From IMG/VR virus record IMGVR_UViG_3300017792_000017, positions 1 to 64,000 of that record: a DNA stretch of 64,000 bases. One strand, written 5' to 3'. The position numbers and the translations under genes were made by a program. Origin of the DNA: a virus. Of this stretch, positions 1-8,409 are shown in pieces. The notes under the pieces were generated by a model. That model was not told where the DNA came from. It saw nothing but the letters and a program-made list of their open reading frames with translations, and did no database searches. Numbering within the stretch: the first letter of the stretch is position 1; every line of letters begins with the position of its first letter.

Positions 1-337
1 GGTTCTCACGGATCTGTATATCCAGGAGAATCAAGGTGCCAAGTGGGAACCGCACACTGTTAAGCCTCATTCCGAAATTGTCGAAGACGAAGACTATTAC
101 CCAACGGAATTGCTCAACAAACCTCTTTTCCGTTTCGAAGGTAAGGGAAAGACTCTTCACAAAAAAGTCCAAGACTGGGCGGGCATCGGGGGAGAAAACC
201 CTGTTGTGGTTCCCCATAAGAGCTGGGTCGAAGGAGATGATCCTGACAATGTCTATGACTTCTTCAGCCTGGCAACTCTTAACGACTCTGGTCTTACCTT
301 CTCTCAAATCGCTGACGTTATCAAATACGCGCTATGA
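1..337 (+). CDS. Partial member 1 of the CCLGVLC/LND-F-QIAD paralog family (begins before the window)
   Basis: Frame 2 is open from base 2 (VLTDLY..., aligning to GVLCDIY of the paralogs) and ends LNDSGLTFSQIADVIKYAL. Confidence 0.75.
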   Translation, partial: VLTDLYIQENQGAKWEPHTVKPHSEIVEDEDYYPTELLNKPLFRFEGKGKTLHKKVQDWAGIGGENPVVVPHKSWVEGDDPDNVYDFFSLATLNDSGLTFSQIADVIKYAL

Positions 338-678
338 ACGAACGTGTAAAGAAACTGTGGGTTGAAGCCTTGCGCAGCGGAGAGTACAAACAGACTCGCT
401 ATAGGCTTAAGCAAAACGAGGTAGATGGTAGTACATCTCACTGTTGCCTCGGTGTTTTGTGTGAGGTTCATGATAAAGAGACTGATGCTAAGAAGCAATC
501 GTTTGATTCGATGGAGGGATTTCCTCCTTCACATATCTCTGAATGGGCTGATGTTAACTTTCAGGCTATAAGATTTAAGGTTGAAGGATATTCGATGCAT
601 TCGTCTATCCCTTTTCTTAATGATGGCCGCAAATATAACTTCAACCAAATCGCAGACCTTATCGAGGCTCAACTGTGA
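334..678 (+). CDS. CCLGVLC paralog family member 2, function unknown
   Basis: WVEALRSGEYKQ...CCLGVLC...LNDGRKYNFNQIADLI; ATGA overlap with the previous gene. Confidence 0.8.
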   Translation: MNERVKKLWVEALRSGEYKQTRYRLKQNEVDGSTSHCCLGVLCEVHDKETDAKKQSFDSMEGFPPSHISEWADVNFQAIRFKVEGYSMHSSIPFLNDGRKYNFNQIADLIEAQL

Positions 679-1031
679 ACGAAGAAGTCAAACAGAAATG
701 GATTGCTGCTCTTGAGAGCGGAGAGTATAAGCAGGGAAAGTTCAATCTCAACAAAGATGAACAGTTCTGCTGCCTTGGGGTTCTTTGCGATATCTATTCC
801 AAGGAAACGGGCGAGCCGTGGGTTAATTCCAATTTCGATTATGGTAAGAAGCTCATTCTTAAAGCGGAAGGTAACTTGCCTGTACAAGTTAAAAAGTGGT
901 CTGGTCTTGCGTCTTTCGACGGGGGATTGTCGATCACGAATAGGCAAGGCGGAGAAGTTTGGCTTTCAAACCTTAACGACCACGATATGCCGTTTTCACA
1001 AATTGTTGATCTTATCAAGTACGATCTTTAA
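675..1031 (+). CDS. CCLGVLC paralog family member 3
   Basis: WIAALESGEYKQ...CCLGVLC...LNDHDMPFSQIVDLI; GTGA overlap. Confidence 0.8.
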   Translation: MNEEVKQKWIAALESGEYKQGKFNLNKDEQFCCLGVLCDIYSKETGEPWVNSNFDYGKKLILKAEGNLPVQVKKWSGLASFDGGLSITNRQGGEVWLSNLNDHDMPFSQIVDLIKYDL

Positions 1032-1045
1032 CTGAAGGAACTGAA

Positions 1046-1417
1046 ATGAAAAAGCGTGTAAAAACTAAGTGGCTCAAAGCTCTTCGCAGCGGTGACTACT
1101 CCCGTACTACTGGCCAACTCCGTGACGAAAACGGATTCTGTTGCCTCGGCGTTCTGTGCAACATCCATGCTCAAGAGCATCCGGAACTTGCTGTAAAAGA
1201 GACTAGCAAATTTAGCTATATGGATGCATCCGGGCATCTTCCTCCTGCAGTCGTAGAATGGGCCGGGTTGAGAGATGTTGCGGAAGAAGAAGCAGAAGAC
1301 GAACCTACTGATGTAAAGGTTACGTATCGTGGTCAGGCAACTACCCTTGTAAACCTGAATGATACAGATAAGCTGAGCTTCAAGCAAATCGCAAACGTGA
1401 TTGAGCGTTGTCTGTAA
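1046..1417 (+). CDS. CCLGVLC paralog family member 4
   Basis: WLKALRSGDY...CCLGVLC...LNDTDKLSFKQIANVI; AAGGA RBS. Confidence 0.8.
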   Translation: MKKRVKTKWLKALRSGDYSRTTGQLRDENGFCCLGVLCNIHAQEHPELAVKETSKFSYMDASGHLPPAVVEWAGLRDVAEEEAEDEPTDVKVTYRGQATTLVNLNDTDKLSFKQIANVIERCL

Positions 1418-1443
1418 GTTTTATTCAATTTCGACATTTCGAA

Positions 1444-1453
1444 TTGGTATAAG
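1444..1453 (+). promoter_or_regulatory. Early promoter, extended -10 TTGGTATAAG
   Basis: Recurrent intergenic motif (also 4913, 6602, 10094, 12021, 20402, 25269, 62857; variants at 21661, 63523, 63595); TTCAAT 18 nt upstream of TATAAG. Confidence 0.75.
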
Positions 1454-1459
1454 TTTATT

Positions 1460-1830
1460 AGGAAGCATTGTATTTATTCGATGCCTTTCTTTTCCCCTGA
1501 ACCAAGCGATGGTGTTCGAATCACCAAAGTCCTGACGAGGATTAACTAACTGTCGAGAGGTAGAGTGGAGTCGCTACCGGATTAGCTGAGAGTTAAACGA
1601 ATCAGTTAAGGGGAAACTTCCAACAGAGGGGCCGGTTAGATTCTGGCGCTGATGAGGCGAAGCTCTATAAAGGACGGAGCGCTGTTGGAAAGCTGAAGAG
1701 AGAGATGTAGTTGCACTCTTTCTGTTGGAACTTCTGTTGGTAAGGCAGCGAAACCAACTAGGTGTTTGGACCACCGAAACTAAACCGCAGTACCCCCGTA
1801 GTCCAGTACGGGGTTCCCTTCAACGCTTAA
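1460..1830 (+). ncRNA. Putative structured ncRNA or long leader
   Basis: No credible ORF; helices 1492-1502/1605-1615 and 1618-1626/1682-1690; T-arm-like hairpin 1510-1526. Confidence 0.45.
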
Positions 1831-1878
1831 GCTTTGTCTTAGGCTGCAGAACTTAATCGTTGTAGATAAGGAGAAATA

Positions 1879-2853
1879 ATGCCGTGCGGTGATTGCAAAA
1901 AATTCAAAGGGCCTGGTGTTGCGTGCGGTGGAAAGTATCTCGACCATCGGTTCACACCGGTCAGCGCAAAGGTCGGACCTTGCATGAACGACTTTGAGCA
2001 GAAGGAGAATGAGCCAGTAACTGCAGTGCCCAATCTCGGCCAGTTGCTTAAGGAAAAACTCGACGCCAAGAAACAGAGCTGCTCCAAATGCGACAGGCTC
2101 GTTGGCGGGCACTGTCCTAGTGCGAGCGGATCTTTTCTCCTTGAAATCAAACAGCCTGAAGTAATGGGCGGCTCTTGTAAGTTATACCTCGCCAAGAAGA
2201 TAGAGTCAACAGACTCCAAGTCCCGTCCGTATCAGCTTCACCTTCACCTTTTGCCAGTAGAAGATCTGATCGCAGGTCACGACTACAAGGCAATTATGTC
2301 GAGAACAGGGATGCGATTTGAGTATATCGACGGCACTCCCATCACAGATCCTGTCAAGGTGGAGTATTTGATAAAGAATCATTTCCATCCTAGCAGTATC
2401 GTCTGCAACAAACTAGAAGTACCTACAACCAAAAAGGAAGAAACGACCATGAGCAACGCAATCATCCGTCTGGCAGATTCGCAATTCACCAAGGAAGTCG
2501 CTGACTTCGGTGGTCTGAACGTGGATCTGCGTGAAGCACTGCAGGACATGCAAGCAGCGCAGAAGAAGGAAGCGGCCATCGCAGCAGCGAAGGAAGTGAT
2601 GGGCGTTCTGAACGCTGCTGAAATCGTCATCGAAGGAAACGTATCAGAAATCCGTTCGGCTCGCAACACCGTCGAAGCTGCAAAGACTCGTATTGCCGAC
2701 ATCAACCGTGCTAAGACGTACGGCCTGGAAACGAACAACTTCGTTCCGCTGGGCATTCTGGTCGGCCTCATTGGACCGTACAGTGTCGATAACAAGGAAC
2801 TGCTGAAGGTTCCTACCGACTGGACGCCGAAGGCAGCTCCGAAGTCGGAATAA
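1879..2853 (+). CDS. Hypothetical protein, Cys-rich N-terminus and helical C-terminus (possible internal start at 2449)
   Basis: AAGGAG RBS; repeated CxxC; second AAGGA RBS before the ATG at 2449. Confidence 0.65.
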   Translation: MPCGDCKKFKGPGVACGGKYLDHRFTPVSAKVGPCMNDFEQKENEPVTAVPNLGQLLKEKLDAKKQSCSKCDRLVGGHCPSASGSFLLEIKQPEVMGGSCKLYLAKKIESTDSKSRPYQLHLHLLPVEDLIAGHDYKAIMSRTGMRFEYIDGTPITDPVKVEYLIKNHFHPSSIVCNKLEVPTTKKEETTMSNAIIRLADSQFTKEVADFGGLNVDLREALQDMQAAQKKEAAIAAAKEVMGVLNAAEIVIEGNVSEIRSARNTVEAAKTRIADINRAKTYGLETNNFVPLGILVGLIGPYSVDNKELLKVPTDWTPKAAPKSE

Positions 2854-2856
2854 GGT

Positions 2857-3165
2857 CAGCTAGGTAGTACCCTGTGAAACTCAGGGTCGGGGAGCTTCGG
2901 CTCCTCGCTACGCTCAATGACTCGTGGGTGGCCTCCCGTTGAAAAGGCTGTATCTCCTGGGGGACTGGGAGTACGTTAGCTGTCATATTTACTAGGTTGC
3001 ACCCATCTCTACTACTATATTTGTAGAGATTTATACTTTGGATATTGCGGCATCTACTGCCGGGACTTGCTCCAAAATGTGAAACTTCTGTTAAGACTAC
3101 TCGATAGCATGGCAGAAGCGTTGTATCTGAGGACTGGGCAAACCTAACCGGTGGCCCAGTTCTTA
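2857..3165 (+). ncRNA. Putative structured RNA (multibranch element plus hairpins)
   Basis: CAGCTA 2857-2862 / TAGCTG 2977-2982 encloses several hairpins including a cUUCGg loop; no ORF. Confidence 0.4.
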
Positions 3166-3171
3166 TTTCTC

Positions 3172-3199
3172 TTGAAAGATTCTTTAGTCCGTGTATAAT
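3172..3199 (+). promoter_or_regulatory. sigma70-type promoter for tRNA-Lys
   Basis: TTGAAA-16 nt-TATAAT, 19 nt before the tRNA. Confidence 0.6.
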
Positions 3200-3218
3200 T
3201 ACACGTTCTTATGGTAAG

Positions 3219-3293
3219 CGGCGTATGATGAAACTGGTATCATAGAAGACTTTTAATCTTCCTTTTCCGGATCGTACCCGGATGCGCCGACCA
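3219..3293 (+). tRNA. tRNA-Lys(UUU) with atypical T-loop
   Basis: Acceptor CGGCGTA/TGCGCCG, D stem ATGA/TCAT, anticodon arm GAAGA-CTTTTAA-TCTTC, T arm TCCGG-ATCGTAC-CCGGA, encoded ACCA. Confidence 0.85.
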
Positions 3294-3315
3294 TTTAACT
3301 AACATGGAATAGACC

Positions 3316-3711
3316 ATGATGAATTCACATCAACGCTCGGTGACGGTTGATCGTCTCAAGCTTATCGAACAACTGAAAGTAAACCTGGCTCAGCACAAGA
3401 TTGACTACGCTGAAGCAGTAGTCGGCTATCGTTTGAAACTGATGGACGATCTGGAGGTAAAGCTGTATGAAGTAAAGGCCTGCACAGCGACAGAAGCTCT
3501 CAAAGTCCGTGCAGTCCAGTTCGCTCCTCCTCAGAGTTACGAGAAAGAGTACGTAGATGCAATCGCAATGCTCGAATGGTCGGTCAGCGACACCATCGAA
3601 CTGGATCAAACGTTGTTCAAGCAATACGTCCAGAACGAATGGGGCTGGAGCCAGAACTTCGAAGTAGCAAGCTCACTGTACAAGACGTTCGCTGTCGGCG
3701 CAAGTCGCTAA
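3316..3711 (+). CDS. Hypothetical protein
   Basis: 131-aa ORF, phage-typical codon usage. Confidence 0.65.
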   Translation: MMNSHQRSVTVDRLKLIEQLKVNLAQHKIDYAEAVVGYRLKLMDDLEVKLYEVKACTATEALKVRAVQFAPPQSYEKEYVDAIAMLEWSVSDTIELDQTLFKQYVQNEWGWSQNFEVASSLYKTFAVGASR

Positions 3712-3720
3712 GTAATCTAT

Positions 3721-3812
3721 GGGCGTGCGAATCGTAGCAGGCCGAACCTGCGTAATACGGTAGGGGCTGAATTGAGTCCCCCTTGCGAGTGAGAGTCTCG
3801 TCACGTCCACCA
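3721..3812 (+). ncRNA. tRNA-like RNA with CCA end but non-canonical core
   Basis: GGGCGTG/CACGTCC acceptor + ACCA; T-like arm GCGAG-TGAGAGT-CTCGT; no canonical D arm or 7-nt anticodon loop. Confidence 0.6.
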
Positions 3813-3828
3813 ATCGAAAGGTCTTAGG

Positions 3829-3902
3829 ATCACTGTAGCTCATCCGGATAGAGCACAAGCCTTCTAAGCTTGGGGTAATTGGTTCGAGTCCAATCAGTGA
3901 TG
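3829..3902 (+). tRNA. tRNA-Arg(UCU)
   Basis: ATCACTG/CAGTGAT acceptor, GCTC..GGATAGAGC D arm, CAAGC-CTTCTAA-GCTTG, GGTTCGAGTCC; followed by CCT, so CCA is not encoded. Confidence 0.9.
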
Positions 3903-4050
3903 CCTAAGGCTTTTCCAATCGGAGCAGTATTCAAATGGAAACCAATCATGAAACTCAAGAACAGATTTGTACTGATGGTAATGCTGATGACAATGGCGAG
4001 TTGCGCTACGCAGCCCGCACCCGCATTCTTCGTGAAGGATACCGCTTCTT

Positions 4051-4221
4051 ATGGCCTCTCAACGACGAGCCTCTAAACCAAGACCTCCGAGGCACGAGCA
4101 GTTAAACGAAGGCCTGGTAATAAAGGCTAAAACAGGCGGTGAGCATAAAAACCGCAAAGATAAACGTACTACCAAGAAACAGTTTGAGAAGGAACTTACC
4201 TCCGAACTGGTTGGAGAATGA
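4051..4221 (+). CDS. Small basic protein (56 aa, not in ORF track)
   Basis: MASQRRASKPRPP...GGEHKNRKDKR; AAGGA RBS; next ATG at 4223. Confidence 0.5.
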   Translation: MASQRRASKPRPPRHEQLNEGLVIKAKTGGEHKNRKDKRTTKKQFEKELTSELVGE

Positions 4222-5190
4222 CATGACTCTAAGTGAAATATTCTGCATGGATTGTGGCCTCGAACACGCTGAGTCAAAGATGCTCTATGAAATCGAGGAA
4301 AACAAGGAAGCCTTCAAAAGACTTCTGTTCCGGTTGAATGATGCTACGCAAGAAGTAAATGCTGGTGATCGTGCAACTCTCATTCGTCTTCTCGAACCGG
4401 TAGTCAAATAGGAGTAGAACATGTCTGCTCGTGATGCTGTTGACCTCTCAGTTGGGCAAGAAGTCCTTCGCTACGAAGGTCGGTTCATGGAAAATCCGTG
4501 GGAAGTAATTCCCATCACCAACTACGAAGTTCTTCAGCGCAGTCCGGGTTGGGAAGTTCGTATCATCTACAAGCAGGACTAAGTTTAAATGTATATCGAT
4601 CCTCCTGGTAAAAAGCCTTTCGTAGCTGCTGATTTAGAATTCGAGAAAGAAACTCCTAAGCAGAAAGCTTCTCGTCTCGGAGTCCCTCTGATTCCGAAAA
4701 AGCCTATCAACCCGCCGCTGCACAATCCCGTCATCGCTGTATGCGGTGAGTGTGGACACGAGTTTCGTGGCGGGGTAGAATACCGCTCCTGTCCTCTTCA
4801 AGATTGTCCTACGGGAAGTCGTGTGACACTGAACTAATCAAAGATTTGATCGTGGTCCTCCTTTCTGGCGCTTGTTTCTAAGCGCCTTTTTTTTGATTAG
4901 CCAAGAGCGTATTTGGTATAAGGATAATGGTAAAAATTCTAATTCCAGAAACCACTGCGCTCAAAGGGGGCTCACACCATGTCAACTGAAAAGAAGTGTC
5001 ACGAAAAGAAGTACGATCAACTTACTGCAAAGAATGAAGCTGTGAGACTTACCCGCAAGGATAGGTTTCAGAAGCCGAAGACTGGTAGTGCGTTAGGTCA
5101 GTACAAAGCTTACTTCTGTAAAGAGTGTGACGCATGGCACATTCGGAAAGAAGGCCCAAAACAACAAAGTAGTAAACAAGAAAACATATT

Positions 5191-6594
5191 ATGTCCAGAA
5201 TCATCCTTCATACCTGCATGAATGCAGAAGACAACGCAATGCTTCAAGCGTTGTACTCACGTAGTATCGATAGCGTAGCCGATCACATCAAGAAGATTGA
5301 TGAGGTCGGTTCAAGTAATTTCATGTCCCGATACTACCTGGGATACGGACATGCGTCTATTGGTGACTGCGGTTCTGAAACAATGTATTTCGAGGGTATC
5401 TCAATGCTAGCTGCAAAGGCTATTGAAGATAACCCTCTTTTCGTAGGACAGGAGTGTAGCTCACGTTACATCGATTTCAGCTATCAACCCTTCTATGATC
5501 CTGCTCCGAAGAACTCAGAAATGAGCGGTCGGATTGCAAATCTTTACGCTGAGTATCGTAAGTTCTATGTCGAGAGTCTTGAGCCTCTGAAGGCTCATCT
5601 CAAGACAGTGTACCCAATCAAGGAAGGCGACAAGCTAGTTACCTATGACAAGGCTATTGCTGCACGTGCTTTTGATATTCTTCGTGGTTTTCTCCCTGTC
5701 GGTGCTACTACCAATGTGGCTTGGACTGGACGACTTAGCAACGCTGGTGAGCATCTCATTTGGATGATGCACCATCCGCTTGAGGAAGTTCGAGTTCTTG
5801 GAGCTAAGGCGTATCAACAGATGCAGATGAAGTATCCTAATTCGTTCCGTCTGGATTACGCAATCGTAGCTAATTGCTCAACACAAGAAGAGTTTGAGCG
5901 TGAGCTTAGGAACATCGAAGGCAATAACGTGTATGAGTTTAACTCTGACTTCCAGAACTTCTACGCTATGTATCAAGAGGTGACGGGCTACGAAAGGATA
6001 ACAGACCCTATTGAATTGGGAACATTTACTGTCGCTATTGAAGACGAAGATTCCAGGGCTCTGTGTCCTGGGTTTAAAGATCGCCCCAAGCGTACCAAAC
6101 TCCATAAACATTCCCTTGTTTCTCAAACCACTATTTGGACCGAGTCTAGAATGGACTTCGGTTCATTCCGGGATATCCAACGTCATCGTAATGGCTACTG
6201 CACAATGCCAGTTGTAACAGGAGAGTATGGTATTCATCCTTGGTACTACGACAATCTTACGCCTGAACTTCAGAAGAAGGCTGATGAGTTGCTTGAAAAA
6301 ATTGAGGATACGTATGACAGGTTGGATGTTCGTGAAAGCGACGAAGCTTTCTTAGCTTTCGGTCAATACATTCTCCCGATGGGTAATGTTGTTCAGGTGG
6401 CTTTCAAGTACACCGTTCAACAAGCTATGTACGTAGCTGAACTTCGTTCTGGTAAAACTGTTCACGCTACTGTCCGTCCATTTGCTCAGGCACTTGGTAA
6501 GTATCTGGAAGACTATGGTGTCCCAGTTTTCTATGATAAGGACGTTGATGACTGGACTGTTCGCCGTGGTGAGCAAGACATTGTCAAGAAGTAA
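5191..6594 (+). CDS. thyX: Flavin-dependent thymidylate synthase, long two-domain type
   Basis: GHASIGD, ECSSRYIDFS, DFGSFRDIQRHR motifs. Confidence 0.85.
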   Translation: MSRIILHTCMNAEDNAMLQALYSRSIDSVADHIKKIDEVGSSNFMSRYYLGYGHASIGDCGSETMYFEGISMLAAKAIEDNPLFVGQECSSRYIDFSYQPFYDPAPKNSEMSGRIANLYAEYRKFYVESLEPLKAHLKTVYPIKEGDKLVTYDKAIAARAFDILRGFLPVGATTNVAWTGRLSNAGEHLIWMMHHPLEEVRVLGAKAYQQMQMKYPNSFRLDYAIVANCSTQEEFERELRNIEGNNVYEFNSDFQNFYAMYQEVTGYERITDPIELGTFTVAIEDEDSRALCPGFKDRPKRTKLHKHSLVSQTTIWTESRMDFGSFRDIQRHRNGYCTMPVVTGEYGIHPWYYDNLTPELQKKADELLEKIEDTYDRLDVRESDEAFLAFGQYILPMGNVVQVAFKYTVQQAMYVAELRSGKTVHATVRPFAQALGKYLEDYGVPVFYDKDVDDWTVRRGEQDIVKK

Positions 6595-6671
6595 CTAAAT
6601 ATTGGTATAAGCACAGTGTCGGGAACAATAACGTTTTCGGCACTTTTTCTTTAGCGTTAAGGAGACTCAAA

Positions 6672-7139
6672 ATGATCAAGTCCGGTAACTACATCATCAT
6701 CCCGATTGGCGTTTCTTGCTTCGTCATCGAAGAAAAGGAAGACAAGTTGGAACTCGTAGGCGAAGCTCCTGGCAAGAGCATTGACGACATTTTCAACGAC
6801 ATGCGTAAGACCGTTCACGGCCTTGCAATGCAAGAACGTAAGTTGGTGGAGCAGACCGAGCGTAGCTGGAGGCGTTTCCAAGCGACGAAGGAATTCATGT
6901 CGGAAGCGGAACTCCAAGTTACCGAAGGACTGTGGGAGAACTTCAAGCTTGACGAAATGAAGGCTGACTGCGAACGTTTTGCATCAAACTTCGAGAAGGC
7001 ACTGTTCGAATTGACGGACCTGATGCTCGAACACAACCTGGTCATCAAGTCGGTTGAAGGCGGTGAGGAATCTCCGCTCAAGGGTATCAGCATGGAGTCT
7101 GTAAAAAGCATGCTTGATAATCTCGGCAAATCCGAGTAA
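6672..7139 (+). CDS. Hypothetical acidic protein
   Basis: AAGGAG RBS; downstream of the promoter at 6602. Confidence 0.7.
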   Translation: MIKSGNYIIIPIGVSCFVIEEKEDKLELVGEAPGKSIDDIFNDMRKTVHGLAMQERKLVEQTERSWRRFQATKEFMSEAELQVTEGLWENFKLDEMKADCERFASNFEKALFELTDLMLEHNLVIKSVEGGEESPLKGISMESVKSMLDNLGKSE

Positions 7140-7198
7140 AATTGATTTATCAGCGGTAGCAGAGAGTTACCGCTTCTTTTAACTTTCGAGAGGCTCGA

Positions 7199-8356
7199 AT
7201 GTCACATAGTAAACTTTATCATGAAGTGGCTGAAATGTACGCAGCTACTTTTGGCAGTAAACAACTCGCAGTATCCACAGAAGAAAAGCAATACGACCTG
7301 GCTGTAGTCATTGGTCGTTTCGAACCTCTGCATGTAGGTCACCAGATTCTCCTGAACAAGGCATTCATGGTGGCTGACAAGGTACTGGTTCTTATCGGTT
7401 CTTCGCACGCTCCCCGCACTATCAAGAATCCGTTTACGTACGATGAACGTTCGCAGATGGTTATTCAAGCGGCTGGTACTTCGAACATTTTCACGGCTCC
7501 GCTTGTGGATAACCTCTACTCAGATGATGAGTGGGTTACTTCCGTGCAAAACGAAGTAGCAACTGTTCTCTTGGCAGGAAAGGGTTGGGCAGACAAAGAT
7601 GTAAAAAGCAAGGTTGCAATCGTCGGTAACAAGAAGGACGAAAGCTCATACTACCTTGATCTCTTCCCGCAGTACGATTACGTTGCAGTAGACGAAGTCA
7701 AGCTCGGCTTTGATGCTACAGCTATCCGTGAAGTAATCTTTGAGAAGCCTGGATTCATTGAGCTTCTCAAGAGTTTGGTTCCGGAGTACACTTTTAGCTT
7801 CATCAAGGAGTTCATCAAGACTCCGGAGTATCTACGTCTTGGACGTGAATACAAGATGGTACAGAAGTACAAAGACTCCTGGAAAGCAGCACCGTATGCA
7901 CCAACCTTTGTGACTGTCGATGCGATTGTCAAGAAGGCTGGCCATATTTTGATGGTGAAGCGTAAGGCTGCACCGGGAGAAGGACTCCTTGCATTACCTG
8001 GAGGATTCCTGGAACAAAATGAAAGGCTTGAAGATGCGGCGATCCGTGAATTACAAGAGGAAACTTCGATTGACCTCCCTAGAGGTCTTCTTAGCGGTAG
8101 TATGTCTGCCGGTGTTGTTTTTGATCATCCTGGCCGTAGTTTGCGTGGGCGCACTATTTCGCACGCTTTTCTTTTTGACCTGGATAAGTCGGACAAAAAG
8201 CCGGGGCTTCCTAAGGTAAAGGGTGGCGACGATGCAGTCGCAAGCACCGCTTTGCAAAAGGCTACAGACTGGTACGAGATCGACTATGTACTCAGTCACG
8301 CTGAACTGATCTTCGAAGATCACTCATCGATCATTCGCAAGATGCTTGGTATCTAA
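7199..8356 (+). CDS. nadM: Bifunctional NMN adenylyltransferase / Nudix ADP-ribose hydrolase (NadM-Nudix)
   Basis: GRFEPLHVGH (HxGH), NPFTYDER, Nudix box GGFLEQNERLEDAAIRELQEETS, C-terminal FEDH. Confidence 0.92.
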   Translation: MSHSKLYHEVAEMYAATFGSKQLAVSTEEKQYDLAVVIGRFEPLHVGHQILLNKAFMVADKVLVLIGSSHAPRTIKNPFTYDERSQMVIQAAGTSNIFTAPLVDNLYSDDEWVTSVQNEVATVLLAGKGWADKDVKSKVAIVGNKKDESSYYLDLFPQYDYVAVDEVKLGFDATAIREVIFEKPGFIELLKSLVPEYTFSFIKEFIKTPEYLRLGREYKMVQKYKDSWKAAPYAPTFVTVDAIVKKAGHILMVKRKAAPGEGLLALPGGFLEQNERLEDAAIRELQEETSIDLPRGLLSGSMSAGVVFDHPGRSLRGRTISHAFLFDLDKSDKKPGLPKVKGGDDAVASTALQKATDWYEIDYVLSHAELIFEDHSSIIRKMLGI

Positions 8357-8409
8357 AACAAAAGTCCCAGAAATAGATTCTGGGCATTCTAATTAACGAG
8401 GTGTTAATA

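Noticed and set aside
1649-1692. Hammerhead ribozyme (CTGATGAG)
   Set aside because: No GAAA directly after a stem II and no matching stems I/III found.
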